Both the position numbers and the translations under genes were made by a program. From the IMG/VR virus record IMGVR_UViG_3300031420_000003, positions 32,001-96,000 of that record: a stretch of DNA of 64,000 nt. The stretch is one strand, 5' to 3'. Source of the stretch: a virus. Below, piece by piece: positions 39,346 through 48,276 of the stretch (the stretch's first letter is position 1; every line of letters begins with the position of its first letter). The notes under the pieces are model-generated. The model did not search any database and was not told the DNA's origin. It saw only the letters and a program-made list of their open reading frames with translations.

Positions 39346-39710
39346 CTCGCAAAAACGGCGTCCAAGCCCTCATGCGGAACCGTCTTGCGATTGATAAGTT
39401 CAATCACGTGCATGACTTGGGCTTTCTGGCGGTCATCCACGAAGGAATCCCATACTTTCTCGATATCCACACGCGCCCACTGTAACGTGTACGCCTCACG
39501 CCACAGGGCGGTGTTTATCCAAGACTCTCTCAGGTACTCAGCATCGAATAACCGAAAGTCTGAACCGACCAAACGAGAAAGGCGCGTCTCAACCGTTTTC
39601 CCAAGGCGAAGACGCGATGACTCAATAAGTGCCAATTGATTCAGTAACGCAGCGAAATCAGAGTCGTCCAACTGCGGCTCTCCGAAGACGTGGTAAATGG
39701 GTAGGTCCAT
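39324..39710 (-). CDS. Hypothetical protein
   Basis: Packed operon, AGGT RBS. Confidence 0.65.
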   Translation of the reverse strand: MDLPIYHVFGEPQLDDSDFAALLNQLALIESSRLRLGKTVETRLSRLVGSDFRLFDAEYLRESWINTALWREAYTLQWARVDIEKVWDSFVDDRQKAQVMHVIELINRKTVPHEGLDAVFASWQKRNR

Positions 39711-39721
39711 GCTACTACCTG

Positions 39722-40009
39722 CTAAAAAACTTGTGCGTGTGTAATGGGCGTCTGGTCTAACAGCCAGTCGCGTGTTCTTTTTAGTTTGTGCCGTACCGCA
39801 GGGAGATTATAAATGATGGCCGCAGTTAAAGGCGACATCCCCCAATCAACATGACCAATCGTGCCGACGTTACAATACGTTCGGCCATTTCGGTCAAAAA
39901 AAGAAAGCATTGCTTTGTTTCGTGCTGGGGTCTCAGGCGGCTGCCAGAACAATCTCACCGGCTGGCACCCCGTTTGCGGGTTCGGCATCGGTTTTTGGTT
40001 TGCGTCCAT
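39722..40009 (-). CDS. Hypothetical protein
   Basis: AGGAG RBS before MDANQ. Confidence 0.6.
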   Translation of the reverse strand: MDANQKPMPNPQTGCQPVRLFWQPPETPARNKAMLSFFDRNGRTYCNVGTIGHVDWGMSPLTAAIIYNLPAVRHKLKRTRDWLLDQTPITHAQVF

Positions 40010-40112
40010 TGAGAAACTCCTGTAAGAATGGTGCAGCGCGTTCGTACTCAGCCAGACACACCTCAGTATGGATTCTTGAGGATTTTGTGTTGGCGGCAAT
40101 GAGGCGTTTTAA

Positions 40113-40138
40113 CATAAAAAGCTTCCCCTACGTAAAAA
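40113..40138 (-). promoter_or_regulatory. Promoter TTTTTAC-N15-TATG
   Basis: Exact motif and spacing. Confidence 0.6.
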
Positions 40139-40200
40139 GAGCGAAATTACTCTCAGAGTAATAGGCTCAATACGTAAGGGAAGCTGAGTAGGTTTGTTAC

Positions 40201-40683
40201 TTAGGCAGACTGCAAGGCATTGGGTTGGGCAATACCTGCTTTGACTTTGAGGTTAAAGTCAAGCCAACCGTTGCGTTCTTCATCAACAAAACCGAGTGCT
40301 TTAAACATCTGCACACCCAGGTAGTTGTCTTTGAAGACGGTGGCCGAAATAGACTCGTGGTTCGAACTTTCTGACACGGCAGAAAGGAGCGCAGTCATTA
40401 CATACTTACGACGATGTGCCTCAGAAACAAACAGGCAACGCAGGCCTATCTGGACAGCATTCGAGCGGAAGAAGCAATAACCGATGACGGTCTGGTTGTC
40501 ATCAAATGCAACAGCGCACTGGTTACCCGCAGCGATCGCGGCCAGTGTGACATCCGGTACAACATGATCTACTTTCAAAACCATACGTTGATAGTTAAGA
40601 AATTTATAGTGTAATGCCAACAACTGCTTTTGCTGTGAATCTGATAACGAATGAATGTCTGCCAAGATTGTAACAGTGGTCAT
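40201..40683 (-). CDS. GNAT acetyltransferase
   Basis: VIGYC, LFVSEAHRRKYVMTALL, N..GVQMFKALGF. Confidence 0.8.
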   Translation of the reverse strand: MTTVTILADIHSLSDSQQKQLLALHYKFLNYQRMVLKVDHVVPDVTLAAIAAGNQCAVAFDDNQTVIGYCFFRSNAVQIGLRCLFVSEAHRRKYVMTALLSAVSESSNHESISATVFKDNYLGVQMFKALGFVDEERNGWLDFNLKVKAGIAQPNALQSA

Positions 40684-41135
40684 GGATACGGATTTCCTAT
40701 TTCTCGTACTGCACTAGCCCAGCCGGTGCAAGTAACGAAAGTAAAATAATGTTTCGTGAACAAACGTAAGGCGGGTTGGTTACGCTGGTAGACGTCCGCT
40801 ACCATTCTTTTTCCCGGATGCTGTCTGCATATTTCAGCCAACAGTGCAGACGCAACCCCCTTCCTTCGATGTCCCCGTAACGCATAGACAACGTGCAACG
40901 CTATACTGCGTGTTTCCGTCATGCTGAACGTCACAAAACCGATTAACTCGCCCATCCATCGGGCAACAACAAGGCGCATGTCGCTATCCATCAACGCACA
41001 CACTCTTGGTTTTACTACGTCTGCACCTTGCACCATTCTGCCGTGTTCTTCCAGAAAGTGCTGATACATAGCTAAGAGCGTAGTGTGGTCTGCTTGAGCT
41101 AACTGATGCTCGTCCGCCACATGTTCTACACCCAT
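40680..41135 (-). CDS. GNAT acetyltransferase
   Basis: LIGFV, HRRKGVASALL, NQPALRLFTKHYF. Confidence 0.85.
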   Translation of the reverse strand: MGVEHVADEHQLAQADHTTLLAMYQHFLEEHGRMVQGADVVKPRVCALMDSDMRLVVARWMGELIGFVTFSMTETRSIALHVVYALRGHRRKGVASALLAEICRQHPGKRMVADVYQRNQPALRLFTKHYFTFVTCTGWASAVREIGNPYP

Positions 41136-41152
41136 ATCCGAAAGCTTCAGAT

Positions 41153-41371
41153 CTACCTCCGATACTTACGGTTCGCCTGATGGCGTCGCTGAGTCCCTCT
41201 CCAGTCTTCACCGGATTCGTAGCGTGCTAGTTTGCGGGTTCCAATAACCTCCACTTCCTGTGCAAAAGGGAACTCGCTGGCGGGGTCAGGCTGCAGTCTG
41301 GAACCGACCAGACCGATATAGCCCACACCCACCACTACCACTTCACGTTCGTCTAACGGTTCGTCAGTCAC
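41153..41371 (-). CDS. Hypothetical protein
   Basis: GAGG RBS, GTG start. Confidence 0.55.
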   Translation of the reverse strand: MTDEPLDEREVVVVGVGYIGLVGSRLQPDPASEFPFAQEVEVIGTRKLARYESGEDWRGTQRRHQANRKYRR

Positions 41372-41380
41372 GTCGCCTCG

Positions 41381-41536
41381 CTACCGGGTAGGTAAACCCA
41401 GACCGTGTCGTTTGAAGTTGCCTTCGTCCATCACCCCGCATTCGTTCGGGGTTCGCTTTCGGTTGTTCCTCCACGTCGCGTACCGAGCGTCGAGAAGCCC
41501 AACCCGTCTTAAATTGTCCTTCAGATTTGTCCACAC
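41381..41536 (-). CDS. Small basic protein (51 aa, not in ORF track)
   Basis: GAGGAG RBS, GTG start, MWTNLKDNLRR...LPTR. Confidence 0.55.
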   Translation of the reverse strand: MWTNLKDNLRRVGLLDARYATWRNNRKRTPNECGVMDEGNFKRHGLGLPTR

Positions 41537-41551
41537 CTTACTCCTCTGAAA

Positions 41552-41659
41552 TTAGAACCAGCCCTGTGTGAGTGCTAAGACTGCACCGGTTACGGTGGCC
41601 ACGCCAGCAACGCCGACGAAGAACACCATCTTAACACACCACACCATCAAGTTTATCAT
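41552..41659 (-). CDS. 35-aa membrane peptide (not in ORF track)
   Basis: MINLMVWCVKMVFFVGVAGVATVTGAVLALTQGWF, abutting the upstream stop. Confidence 0.55.
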   Translation of the reverse strand: MINLMVWCVKMVFFVGVAGVATVTGAVLALTQGWF

Positions 41660-41959
41660 TTAGAAAGACCCACGCTTTGCATCAACATTCTTTTCCCAAC
41701 GCCACATTGTGCGGCCCATGAACACCGTACTGACCAGCAACGTCAGGGGCATGATGCCGCTCAAGTTAGCGCAGACCATGGCGATTGTCACCCCGACAGT
41801 GTCGATGGCAATCAGCCAAGCAATCGGGCGCAGGTTTGCTGTACAGGGACAAACCCAGTTACAACGATCCCGCACCAACACCAACAGCGCCAGCTCTGCG
41901 AATAATGCAAAGAACACGACACTGTTGCAGATTACTCTAAAAGTGGTCATCTCTTCCAT
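41660..41959 (-). CDS. Three-TM membrane protein
   Basis: GGAG RBS before MEEMTT; three hydrophobic helices. Confidence 0.65.
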   Translation of the reverse strand: MEEMTTFRVICNSVVFFALFAELALLVLVRDRCNWVCPCTANLRPIAWLIAIDTVGVTIAMVCANLSGIMPLTLLVSTVFMGRTMWRWEKNVDAKRGSF

Positions 41960-42077
41960 GACGTTTTCTCCGTTTGTATTGATCAACTGCAACTGCTACA
42001 CCAAACAAGGTGGCAACCACGCCACCCACGACCAACTCACCACGGGTGAGTAGGCTAAACCACAAGTCACCCTTCAC
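41937..42077 (-). CDS. 46-aa membrane peptide (not in ORF track)
   Basis: AGGAGG RBS, GTG start; one TM then a KRRKR tail. Confidence 0.6.
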   Translation of the reverse strand: MKGDLWFSLLTRGELVVGGVVATLFGVAVAVDQYKRRKRHGRDDHF

Positions 42078-42174
42078 GGAAGGCCTCCTTGCGTTGTACG
42101 TCCTTTAAGACGTAATTGAATGCCTTGGCGATAATCCAAAGACATACTCCCGATAACACGAGTCCAGTAATCAT
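42067..42174 (-). CDS. 35-aa membrane peptide (not in ORF track)
   Basis: ATGA coupling; MITGLVLSGVCLWIIAKAF. Confidence 0.55.
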   Translation of the reverse strand: MITGLVLSGVCLWIIAKAFNYVLKDVQRKEAFREG

Positions 42175-42557
42175 CTCTTCTTCCTTTTTGCCTTACGATG
42201 AGGCTTAACAAAATCGGTTATTTCTTGGGCTATCCAACCAACCAAATACGCCAACGCTTCTTGGTTGTCGACAGTGACCGTAATCCCAACCCATTGCAAA
42301 CACCGCCACGCCGCGTGTACGGCTTCGTGGGCGACGGTATTGGCATCCGCTGCTTCCACGTTCTCAAACACAACCCCAATGTAGGCGAGCCGGCTAGGAC
42401 CGTGATTGAACACATAGACCTCACCAGAACAATCCGGGTGCAAGTCCATGTAGGGGTCAAACTCACGGGCAGCGTCAGGACAGGCCGACACCAGTAAGTT
42501 GATACCGTACAGCGGGATGGGAATGTCTAACAGTTTGCTTAACGTTTCTTTAGGCAT
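42171..42557 (-). CDS. HExxH zincin-like phage protein
   Basis: TVAHEAVHAA...EALAY. Confidence 0.7.
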   Translation of the reverse strand: MPKETLSKLLDIPIPLYGINLLVSACPDAAREFDPYMDLHPDCSGEVYVFNHGPSRLAYIGVVFENVEAADANTVAHEAVHAAWRCLQWVGITVTVDNQEALAYLVGWIAQEITDFVKPHRKAKRKKR

Positions 42558-42718
42558 GGCTCCACACCCTGTTCAGTCCAGCCGATGACGCGGCCGGGCA
42601 TGACGAACACCACTGGCACGATGTAATACAAAAACGTGGCCAGCGCAACAGTGATAATTAACCCTGCTGCTAAGAGGAAACCAAAAACCCAAATGATTGC
42701 TGTGAGTAAAGTGCGCAT
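42539..42718 (-). CDS. 59-aa membrane protein (not in ORF track)
   Basis: MRTLLTAIIWVFGFLLAAGLIITVALATFLYYIVPVVFV. Confidence 0.55.
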   Translation of the reverse strand: MRTLLTAIIWVFGFLLAAGLIITVALATFLYYIVPVVFVMPGRVIGWTEQGVEPCLKKR

Positions 42719-42721
42719 TAT

Positions 42722-45235
42722 CTATTCCGCGTATTGAATCTTAACATGTTCATTATACACGTCCGGCAACGTCACGCCTTCTGGTTCGACCACGCAATAC
42801 GAGGCTTCGTTCAGTTTGGAATGCACATCCGAATCGTGCGATACAACGATCAACTGAGAAAACTCACCGCTTGACGATAACCGTTTGATAAAATCAACCA
42901 AACGATGACGGTGGGCTTCATCCATGCCCTCAGAAGGCTCATCTAATAACAAGGGGAAGTTCTGTAAACCCAGTCCCTTGTAACTCGTTAAGCGGTATGC
43001 TAAGTCAAACATTGCTTTCTGGGCTTTCGAACCTTTACCGACATCCGGCACGGGTTCGTCTTTGTCCTTGAGCTTAAACGGGAACAGGTAATCCAATTCG
43101 CCATCGGTCATGTCACAGGGCATCACCCGCATCGGGTACGTCCAGACCAAGTCGATATAGTGGTTCATCATCTCGGTGATACGCACAATGGCTTTGTAGT
43201 AATACTTACGCAAGACACCTTGCTCCGGTGACCATGCGGTAATCATCTGTCGCGCTTCATGGCGTTCGGCTTGCAGTGCAGCCAAATCTTTTTCCATGTT
43301 CGCTAACTGGTCGAGCTCCGTGGTCATCTGACGGTAACGGTCACGCGCGGTGGCATACGCATCCAACTTGCTTTCCCGTGCCTGATTCAGGTGATCCACA
43401 ACTGCGGTGTTCTGCGCAACAACCAAATTGCGCTGGAAGTCCTCGTAGAACGCTTTGAATGCCACTACAGAGGTACTTAACACGCTAAGCCGACTCACAC
43501 TCTGGTTTTTCTCTTGCGCGTACTGACGGTGCTCTGAGAGCGCCTGTGTGGTGGCTTGGATTTGTTCCTCTAAGCGACGGATTTTCTCCGGCAACACCGC
43601 ATCGACATTTCCCACGGTCATCGCCGCTTCCTGCCACTCCCGTTTGGCTTTATCCAACTGGTCAACCAGACGGTGAAAGTGCTGGGCTTCACGAATCTCA
43701 TCGAAGAACGCCATCACCAGCCCACCAAAACGCGAACGGTTGGTTGTAAACGCTTCCTCTTCCTGCAGACGCTTAAAGAGAATCGACAACACCGGGTCAC
43801 GGGAGTAGGTCATGATAATCCCACGGATGTTACGCAGGGTTAACACTTCTTCCTCTACCTCACCGCGCTCACGCATCAACGTTTCCATATCCGCTTTGAG
43901 CTGGGCGAGATAGGTCTCGTTTTGGTTGTACTCACCGGTTAGTGCTTCGAGGCTTCGGGTCACACCCGGACGAAAATGAAACTGGCACTGGGGGCAATCC
44001 ACTTCACTGGTGTCGTGGTAATGCTTTAAGTCGTGTTGCAAGTTACGCAGCACATTCTCACAGCGACCAATCTTCTCGTTCTGGTAGGAACACTTCACAT
44101 CGAACTGCTGCAGCTCCTCTTCCATCTCTTTCAGACGACGGTTGGTTTGCAGACGGTCAATTAACCGGGTAAGTGTCGAGGTGAATTCCCCGGCATGGCT
44201 TTCAGCATCAACCAACACCGGCACCACAAAGCGCTCAGTGTCAAACAAATCCGCAAAGACCCGTTGCTGGGTTTGCAGATTCGCAAGCTCCCCGCTCAAC
44301 CGATCAATGGTCGTTTGCAGACCGCTGTGGTTCCGCATCAAATAAGACTGACGGTTTTGCTCATCGGTTAACTGTGACAATTCACGGTTATAGGCCTTGA
44401 GCGTAGCTTCTGAGGAGGCGACCCATTCACGGGCTTCCAGCAGCAGTCGTTGTTCTTCATCAATCATCTCCTGCGTCGGGATAACGGTGTCACCGTCCAG
44501 AATCATGTCGGTGATTTTGCGCATCTTCTCCATCTGGTCTTTCAACGCAGCAGGTGTTAATGCACGGTCGGTGGACGGGCGTTTTTCCAGTACACGGTTG
44601 AGTTGGCTAATCTCCAACTGCATCTCTTCCATGCGGCTCTCTAAACGCTCCCGGGCTTCTTGGTCTTCGATGACGCGAACACGTGAATCCGAGATTTTGC
44701 CACTGACGTAATCAATCTGGTTACCGAGCGCGTTGTAGTGTTTACGCAGTCGGGTATAAAAGCCTAAGGCATGCGCCAAGTCCGAGGTGGACATCTTACT
44801 GAACCACGCTTTACGCAGCGGGGTATTGGCACGGGTCAAATGCAGCTCACCATTAATAAGTTCTTTGATTTCTTTGGTAAGGCCGGTCATGGACTCGACG
44901 TGCGTGTTGTACACTTTCGGGTTAACGTCAGTGACAACATTCTCACCGGTGGTGAGGTTATCAATACAGCAGATAAGACTGCTGCCTTTACGACGGACAT
45001 GGAATTTAAAGCGTTGGATACCAACAAGAGAGAAATTGGTGTACTCACCTCCATCGGCGAGATCGGATTTTGCAGGGCATAACGGCAGGTATACGGAGAG
45101 GAGACTGCTTTTCCCTGAGCCATTGCCACCGAGGATGATGGTCACAGGGGTGGTCACAGTGAAGTCGAACTTTGCAATGTCATGCAAGCCCATTCCAGTG
45201 AAACCTTTGAGAATAATACGCTCGACTTTTAACAT
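42722..45235 (-). CDS. SbcC/Rad50-like SMC ATPase (phiKZ gp165-like)
   Basis: Walker A GGNGSGKS, long coiled-coil, zinc hook CPQC, signature-like GSKAQ, Walker B LLLDEP, VSHD. Confidence 0.9.
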   Translation of the reverse strand: MLKVERIILKGFTGMGLHDIAKFDFTVTTPVTIILGGNGSGKSSLLSVYLPLCPAKSDLADGGEYTNFSLVGIQRFKFHVRRKGSSLICCIDNLTTGENVVTDVNPKVYNTHVESMTGLTKEIKELINGELHLTRANTPLRKAWFSKMSTSDLAHALGFYTRLRKHYNALGNQIDYVSGKISDSRVRVIEDQEARERLESRMEEMQLEISQLNRVLEKRPSTDRALTPAALKDQMEKMRKITDMILDGDTVIPTQEMIDEEQRLLLEAREWVASSEATLKAYNRELSQLTDEQNRQSYLMRNHSGLQTTIDRLSGELANLQTQQRVFADLFDTERFVVPVLVDAESHAGEFTSTLTRLIDRLQTNRRLKEMEEELQQFDVKCSYQNEKIGRCENVLRNLQHDLKHYHDTSEVDCPQCQFHFRPGVTRSLEALTGEYNQNETYLAQLKADMETLMRERGEVEEEVLTLRNIRGIIMTYSRDPVLSILFKRLQEEEAFTTNRSRFGGLVMAFFDEIREAQHFHRLVDQLDKAKREWQEAAMTVGNVDAVLPEKIRRLEEQIQATTQALSEHRQYAQEKNQSVSRLSVLSTSVVAFKAFYEDFQRNLVVAQNTAVVDHLNQARESKLDAYATARDRYRQMTTELDQLANMEKDLAALQAERHEARQMITAWSPEQGVLRKYYYKAIVRITEMMNHYIDLVWTYPMRVMPCDMTDGELDYLFPFKLKDKDEPVPDVGKGSKAQKAMFDLAYRLTSYKGLGLQNFPLLLDEPSEGMDEAHRHRLVDFIKRLSSSGEFSQLIVVSHDSDVHSKLNEASYCVVEPEGVTLPDVYNEHVKIQYAE

Positions 45236-45270
45236 TTGCAAGGGTTCCAAAAATGAAACAAAACATCTTC

Positions 45271-45298
45271 CATATCCAAGAACCTTGCTGTAAAAAAA
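45271..45298 (-). promoter_or_regulatory. Promoter TTTTTTTAC-N15-TATG upstream of the SbcC-like gene
   Basis: Exact spacing; its T-run also serves the hairpin at 45308-45329. Confidence 0.6.
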
Positions 45299-45334
45299 TT
45301 AGTGCCACGGGAATCCCGAAGGATTCCCGATAGA

Positions 45335-45886
45335 TCAATAGTTCTCTAACTCATCACCCCATTGATAACCTTCTGATGAACGCATGACGTTCAGGCCTTG
45401 CTCGGTCTGCCAGATGGCCAGCTCATGATAATACGGCGGCACCACACCATCAACGAACACCGGGTTCAAGTAACCGGTTGACGGGTTGTTGTACGGGTAC
45501 AGGGCACCCGGGAACGACGCCTGTGCACACTCCGTGACAGGACAGATATCGATATCCGCATCCGGGGAGTTCCAGCCAACAATCTTACCTTTCAGGCGCT
45601 CACCGTCTTTGTAATACCACACCACACGCTGTGGCATACGCCCAATCAGGTTACGTGGCCAGAACGGTTTCTGACTGGCATCGCGCAGATTGGTCGGTGT
45701 CGCCACCCAGGTGTCCAGAACTTTGATTTGGGCCGGGAAGGTTTTGTCGAGGTAGGCTTTGATGAAGGTGTTCTTCACCAATGCTTTATATTCGTCTTCA
45801 GAAATCTCCACACGAACTTTCATGTAGCTGTTGGACTTGAGGCTGGTCAGGGTTTCCAGCATGGCAATCAGTTTGGTGTCGGTCAT
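45335..45886 (-). CDS. Hypothetical protein
   Basis: 183 aa with phage-like codon usage. Confidence 0.75.
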   Translation of the reverse strand: MTDTKLIAMLETLTSLKSNSYMKVRVEISEDEYKALVKNTFIKAYLDKTFPAQIKVLDTWVATPTNLRDASQKPFWPRNLIGRMPQRVVWYYKDGERLKGKIVGWNSPDADIDICPVTECAQASFPGALYPYNNPSTGYLNPVFVDGVVPPYYHELAIWQTEQGLNVMRSSEGYQWGDELENY

Positions 45887-45934
45887 AATCTCTTCTCATC
45901 AAACAAAAAGAAAGGGCCCCCGCGGGGGCCACTG

Positions 45935-46444
45935 TTAGAGGAAGCGGGCATCTGGAGAACTGTTCCAGACTCGCTCCTCTCGGTGATTAATTGTTGCCTT
46001 ACCAGAAGACAACGCACCATTGGTGGTGAAGGCCGCGACAGCAGGCAGACGTTCGCCAGATTCGAAATCCAGAATCTCCATCCCATTGGCGGTCGGGTCA
46101 GCGATAACCATGTAGCGGGTGGTGTCGTCGTGCGGGTAGTTGCGTGAGGTGTCCTGCAGTTCGATATCGAGTGCATGGAGCTGACGCTTCACGTAGAAGA
46201 AGCTCTGCGTGTGTTTATTGAAAAGGGGATGGCGGAAAGCATGGTTAAACCACGTTGCGCTGATTTTGGTAGCGGCTTGCGCGATTACCCCGACGTTTTC
46301 ATTCCGGTGCATCATCTGCTGGAGTTCCAGCACTTTGGTGGTTGTCGACACCATACTGCGCAGGGTGTCCCCGTCGACATTAAACGCTGTCATCAGATTA
46401 ACGAAATACTTCGCATGGTCGTGGATATTTTTAACTTCTAACAT
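45935..46444 (-). CDS. Hypothetical protein
   Basis: AGGAG RBS. Confidence 0.75.
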   Translation of the reverse strand: MLEVKNIHDHAKYFVNLMTAFNVDGDTLRSMVSTTTKVLELQQMMHRNENVGVIAQAATKISATWFNHAFRHPLFNKHTQSFFYVKRQLHALDIELQDTSRNYPHDDTTRYMVIADPTANGMEILDFESGERLPAVAAFTTNGALSSGKATINHREERVWNSSPDARFL

Positions 46445-46572
46445 GATGGGCTCCTAGGGTGTAACAAAAGTCGATTAAGTTAAAAAGGGCCCTGTAGCCA
46501 ATAATACTCTGGGGGTTGAACTACAGGGCCAACAGACTACCAACGTGAGAGAGTAACGTGTTCTCTCACCAA

Positions 46573-46586
46573 GGTAATATCTATCT
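46573..46586 (-). promoter_or_regulatory. Early-type promoter AGATAGATATTACC
   Basis: Consensus copy. Confidence 0.65.
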
Positions 46587-46966
46587 CAAATCGCTTTGGA
46601 TAGACAACGGTAACCCACCACGGCGGTGATGGGCTCGTTTCGGATAATAGCCGTAGCTACTCGGTGGTGTCCGTCCCAGAGTCGGTACTGGCCATTGACA
46701 CAGGTGGCGATGACGGCGTGCTTAACACCGTGACGCAACATATCTACAAAGTCGGCGTGGGGAAGTTCATCTTTCACTCGCATGCGGATTTCGGCTTCCA
46801 GATACGCCCTCGCGTCTGCCGAAGTGGACCACAAATCAGAAAAGTCGGATGGTTGTAAGACCCGTTCCTCCCAATGCCCTTCATGAGCGGGAAAGAAGAA
46901 TTCACTGCCGTCACTGTTATCGGTGCGATACGACTCGGCATACTCTGCCAGTTCTCTCTGAGACAT
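46586..46966 (-). CDS. ParB/Srx-like domain protein
   Basis: AVIAT...YRLWDGHHRVATA. Confidence 0.7.
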   Translation of the reverse strand: MSQRELAEYAESYRTDNSDGSEFFFPAHEGHWEERVLQPSDFSDLWSTSADARAYLEAEIRMRVKDELPHADFVDMLRHGVKHAVIATCVNGQYRLWDGHHRVATAIIRNEPITAVVGYRCLSKAI

Positions 46967-46975
46967 ACACTACCC

Positions 46976-47383
46976 TCAGTTCAAGTAGAAGGTTTGAATC
47001 TGTTGGTTATTGGCAAAAAATGAAATAACCGGTTGCGTCTCACCTTCTTTATCCGTTGATTCACCAAAGCGAGGCACGGGCATTTCGCCACAGTGCTCGC
47101 CGGTGATGTTCAGCGGGGTAACCAGTTTAGAGCGGGTATTCACCAAGACATACCCGTAGTCTTCTGGTCGTTTAAGTTTACAGGGCCCGAGCTCGAAAGC
47201 CAGAATAACGAGGTTGCCCTGTTCGGCAACCTCGAAGCAGCGCCCATCTTTGAATGCTTCTACTGTGCAGCGTTTCATCGGGTTACCGTTGTTCACACGG
47301 TAATGGGGAATTTGCTCCCCATCGAACTCCGCGTGTGCGGCTCCCGCAATTAAAAATCCGAGTAAAGCAATCAGTCTGAACAT
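46976..47383 (-). CDS. Secreted Cys-containing protein, paralog array C
   Basis: Signal peptide ending AHA; C-x9-C plus two more Cys. Confidence 0.75.
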   Translation of the reverse strand: MFRLIALLGFLIAGAAHAEFDGEQIPHYRVNNGNPMKRCTVEAFKDGRCFEVAEQGNLVILAFELGPCKLKRPEDYGYVLVNTRSKLVTPLNITGEHCGEMPVPRFGESTDKEGETQPVISFFANNQQIQTFYLN

Positions 47384-47395
47384 GCGACCTACCTT

Positions 47396-47794
47396 TTATT
47401 GTATCGTGAACCTCGACACTGGCGCTCCATGCAGTGACATGACAATGAAGACCTGATTATTCGTGGGGTTCTTCACAAAATTAAGCACAACTGACGGGTC
47501 GCATTCCTCAGTAGGCAGGTTTGACGCGGCTTTCTCTTTATCGTCGAGTAAGTAATAGTAGCCCGCAGGGCAGGTTTCCCCGCCCGGCTGGTGCAGGATA
47601 GTGAACTGCTCCATCTTCTCCGTTTCCCGGCAACTGTCCGTCACCAGTGGGTTACTGTTACACTTGTCAAAACCGATAGGCTGGTATTTGTAAGGCTTAA
47701 TTAGCACGCCATCAAACGACGGTTCAGCACGCACAACAGCGATATTGAAAGCAGCGACAATAAAAGCAACAGTTAACAGAATGGCACGAAACAT
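47396..47794 (-). CDS. Secreted Cys-containing protein, paralog array C
   Basis: Signal peptide; C-x9-C, HQPGGETCPAG. Confidence 0.75.
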   Translation of the reverse strand: MFRAILLTVAFIVAAFNIAVVRAEPSFDGVLIKPYKYQPIGFDKCNSNPLVTDSCRETEKMEQFTILHQPGGETCPAGYYYLLDDKEKAASNLPTEECDPSVVLNFVKNPTNNQVFIVMSLHGAPVSRFTIQ

Positions 47795-47811
47795 GGACTT
47801 CTCCTAAAAGA

Positions 47812-48207
47812 TTATTTGATATAAACGATTTCAACAGGCGTCACGTCTTGACTGAACACGACTGCCATTTTATTATCCACGGTGAATAACCGCGCGTAGA
47901 TGTTTCCTTGACAGGTATCCTTTTTGGTGTGTAACCGATAACCCGTCGAGGTGTTGATGTTGATATAACCCCACCGACCTGCGGGACATTGTTCTGTCCC
48001 CGGCTGGTGAACCAAGATGTAGGTAAAGCTGTCGTCCACTTGCACAGTTTCACACTGGCCCGCGGCGACAGACTTTGTATTACACCAGAATTGTGCGTGT
48101 GATTTAGGAGCGTCCCCATCCTTTACAACATCGGGTACATCCAATGTCAGTGCCTGTGCGGCGAATGCGCTCATGAGTAGCGCTAGGGCAATTAAGACTC
48201 GTTTCAT
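47812..48207 (-). CDS. Secreted Cys-containing protein, paralog array C
   Basis: MKRVLIALALLMSAFAAQA; C-x9-C, HQPGTEQCPAG. Confidence 0.75.
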   Translation of the reverse strand: MKRVLIALALLMSAFAAQALTLDVPDVVKDGDAPKSHAQFWCNTKSVAAGQCETVQVDDSFTYILVHQPGTEQCPAGRWGYININTSTGYRLHTKKDTCQGNIYARLFTVDNKMAVVFSQDVTPVEIVYIK

Positions 48208-48276
48208 TTTGCTTTCCTTATAGGAAAATAAATAAAGGAATCCCCACCCTATAAAGGATGAGGTGAACACGTAAAA

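Noticed and set aside
46488-46530. Minus-strand GGCCCTGTAGTTCAA...CAGGGCC resembles a tRNA 5' end and acceptor stem
   Set aside because: Only 43 nt, with no anticodon or T arm; better explained as a terminator-like hairpin
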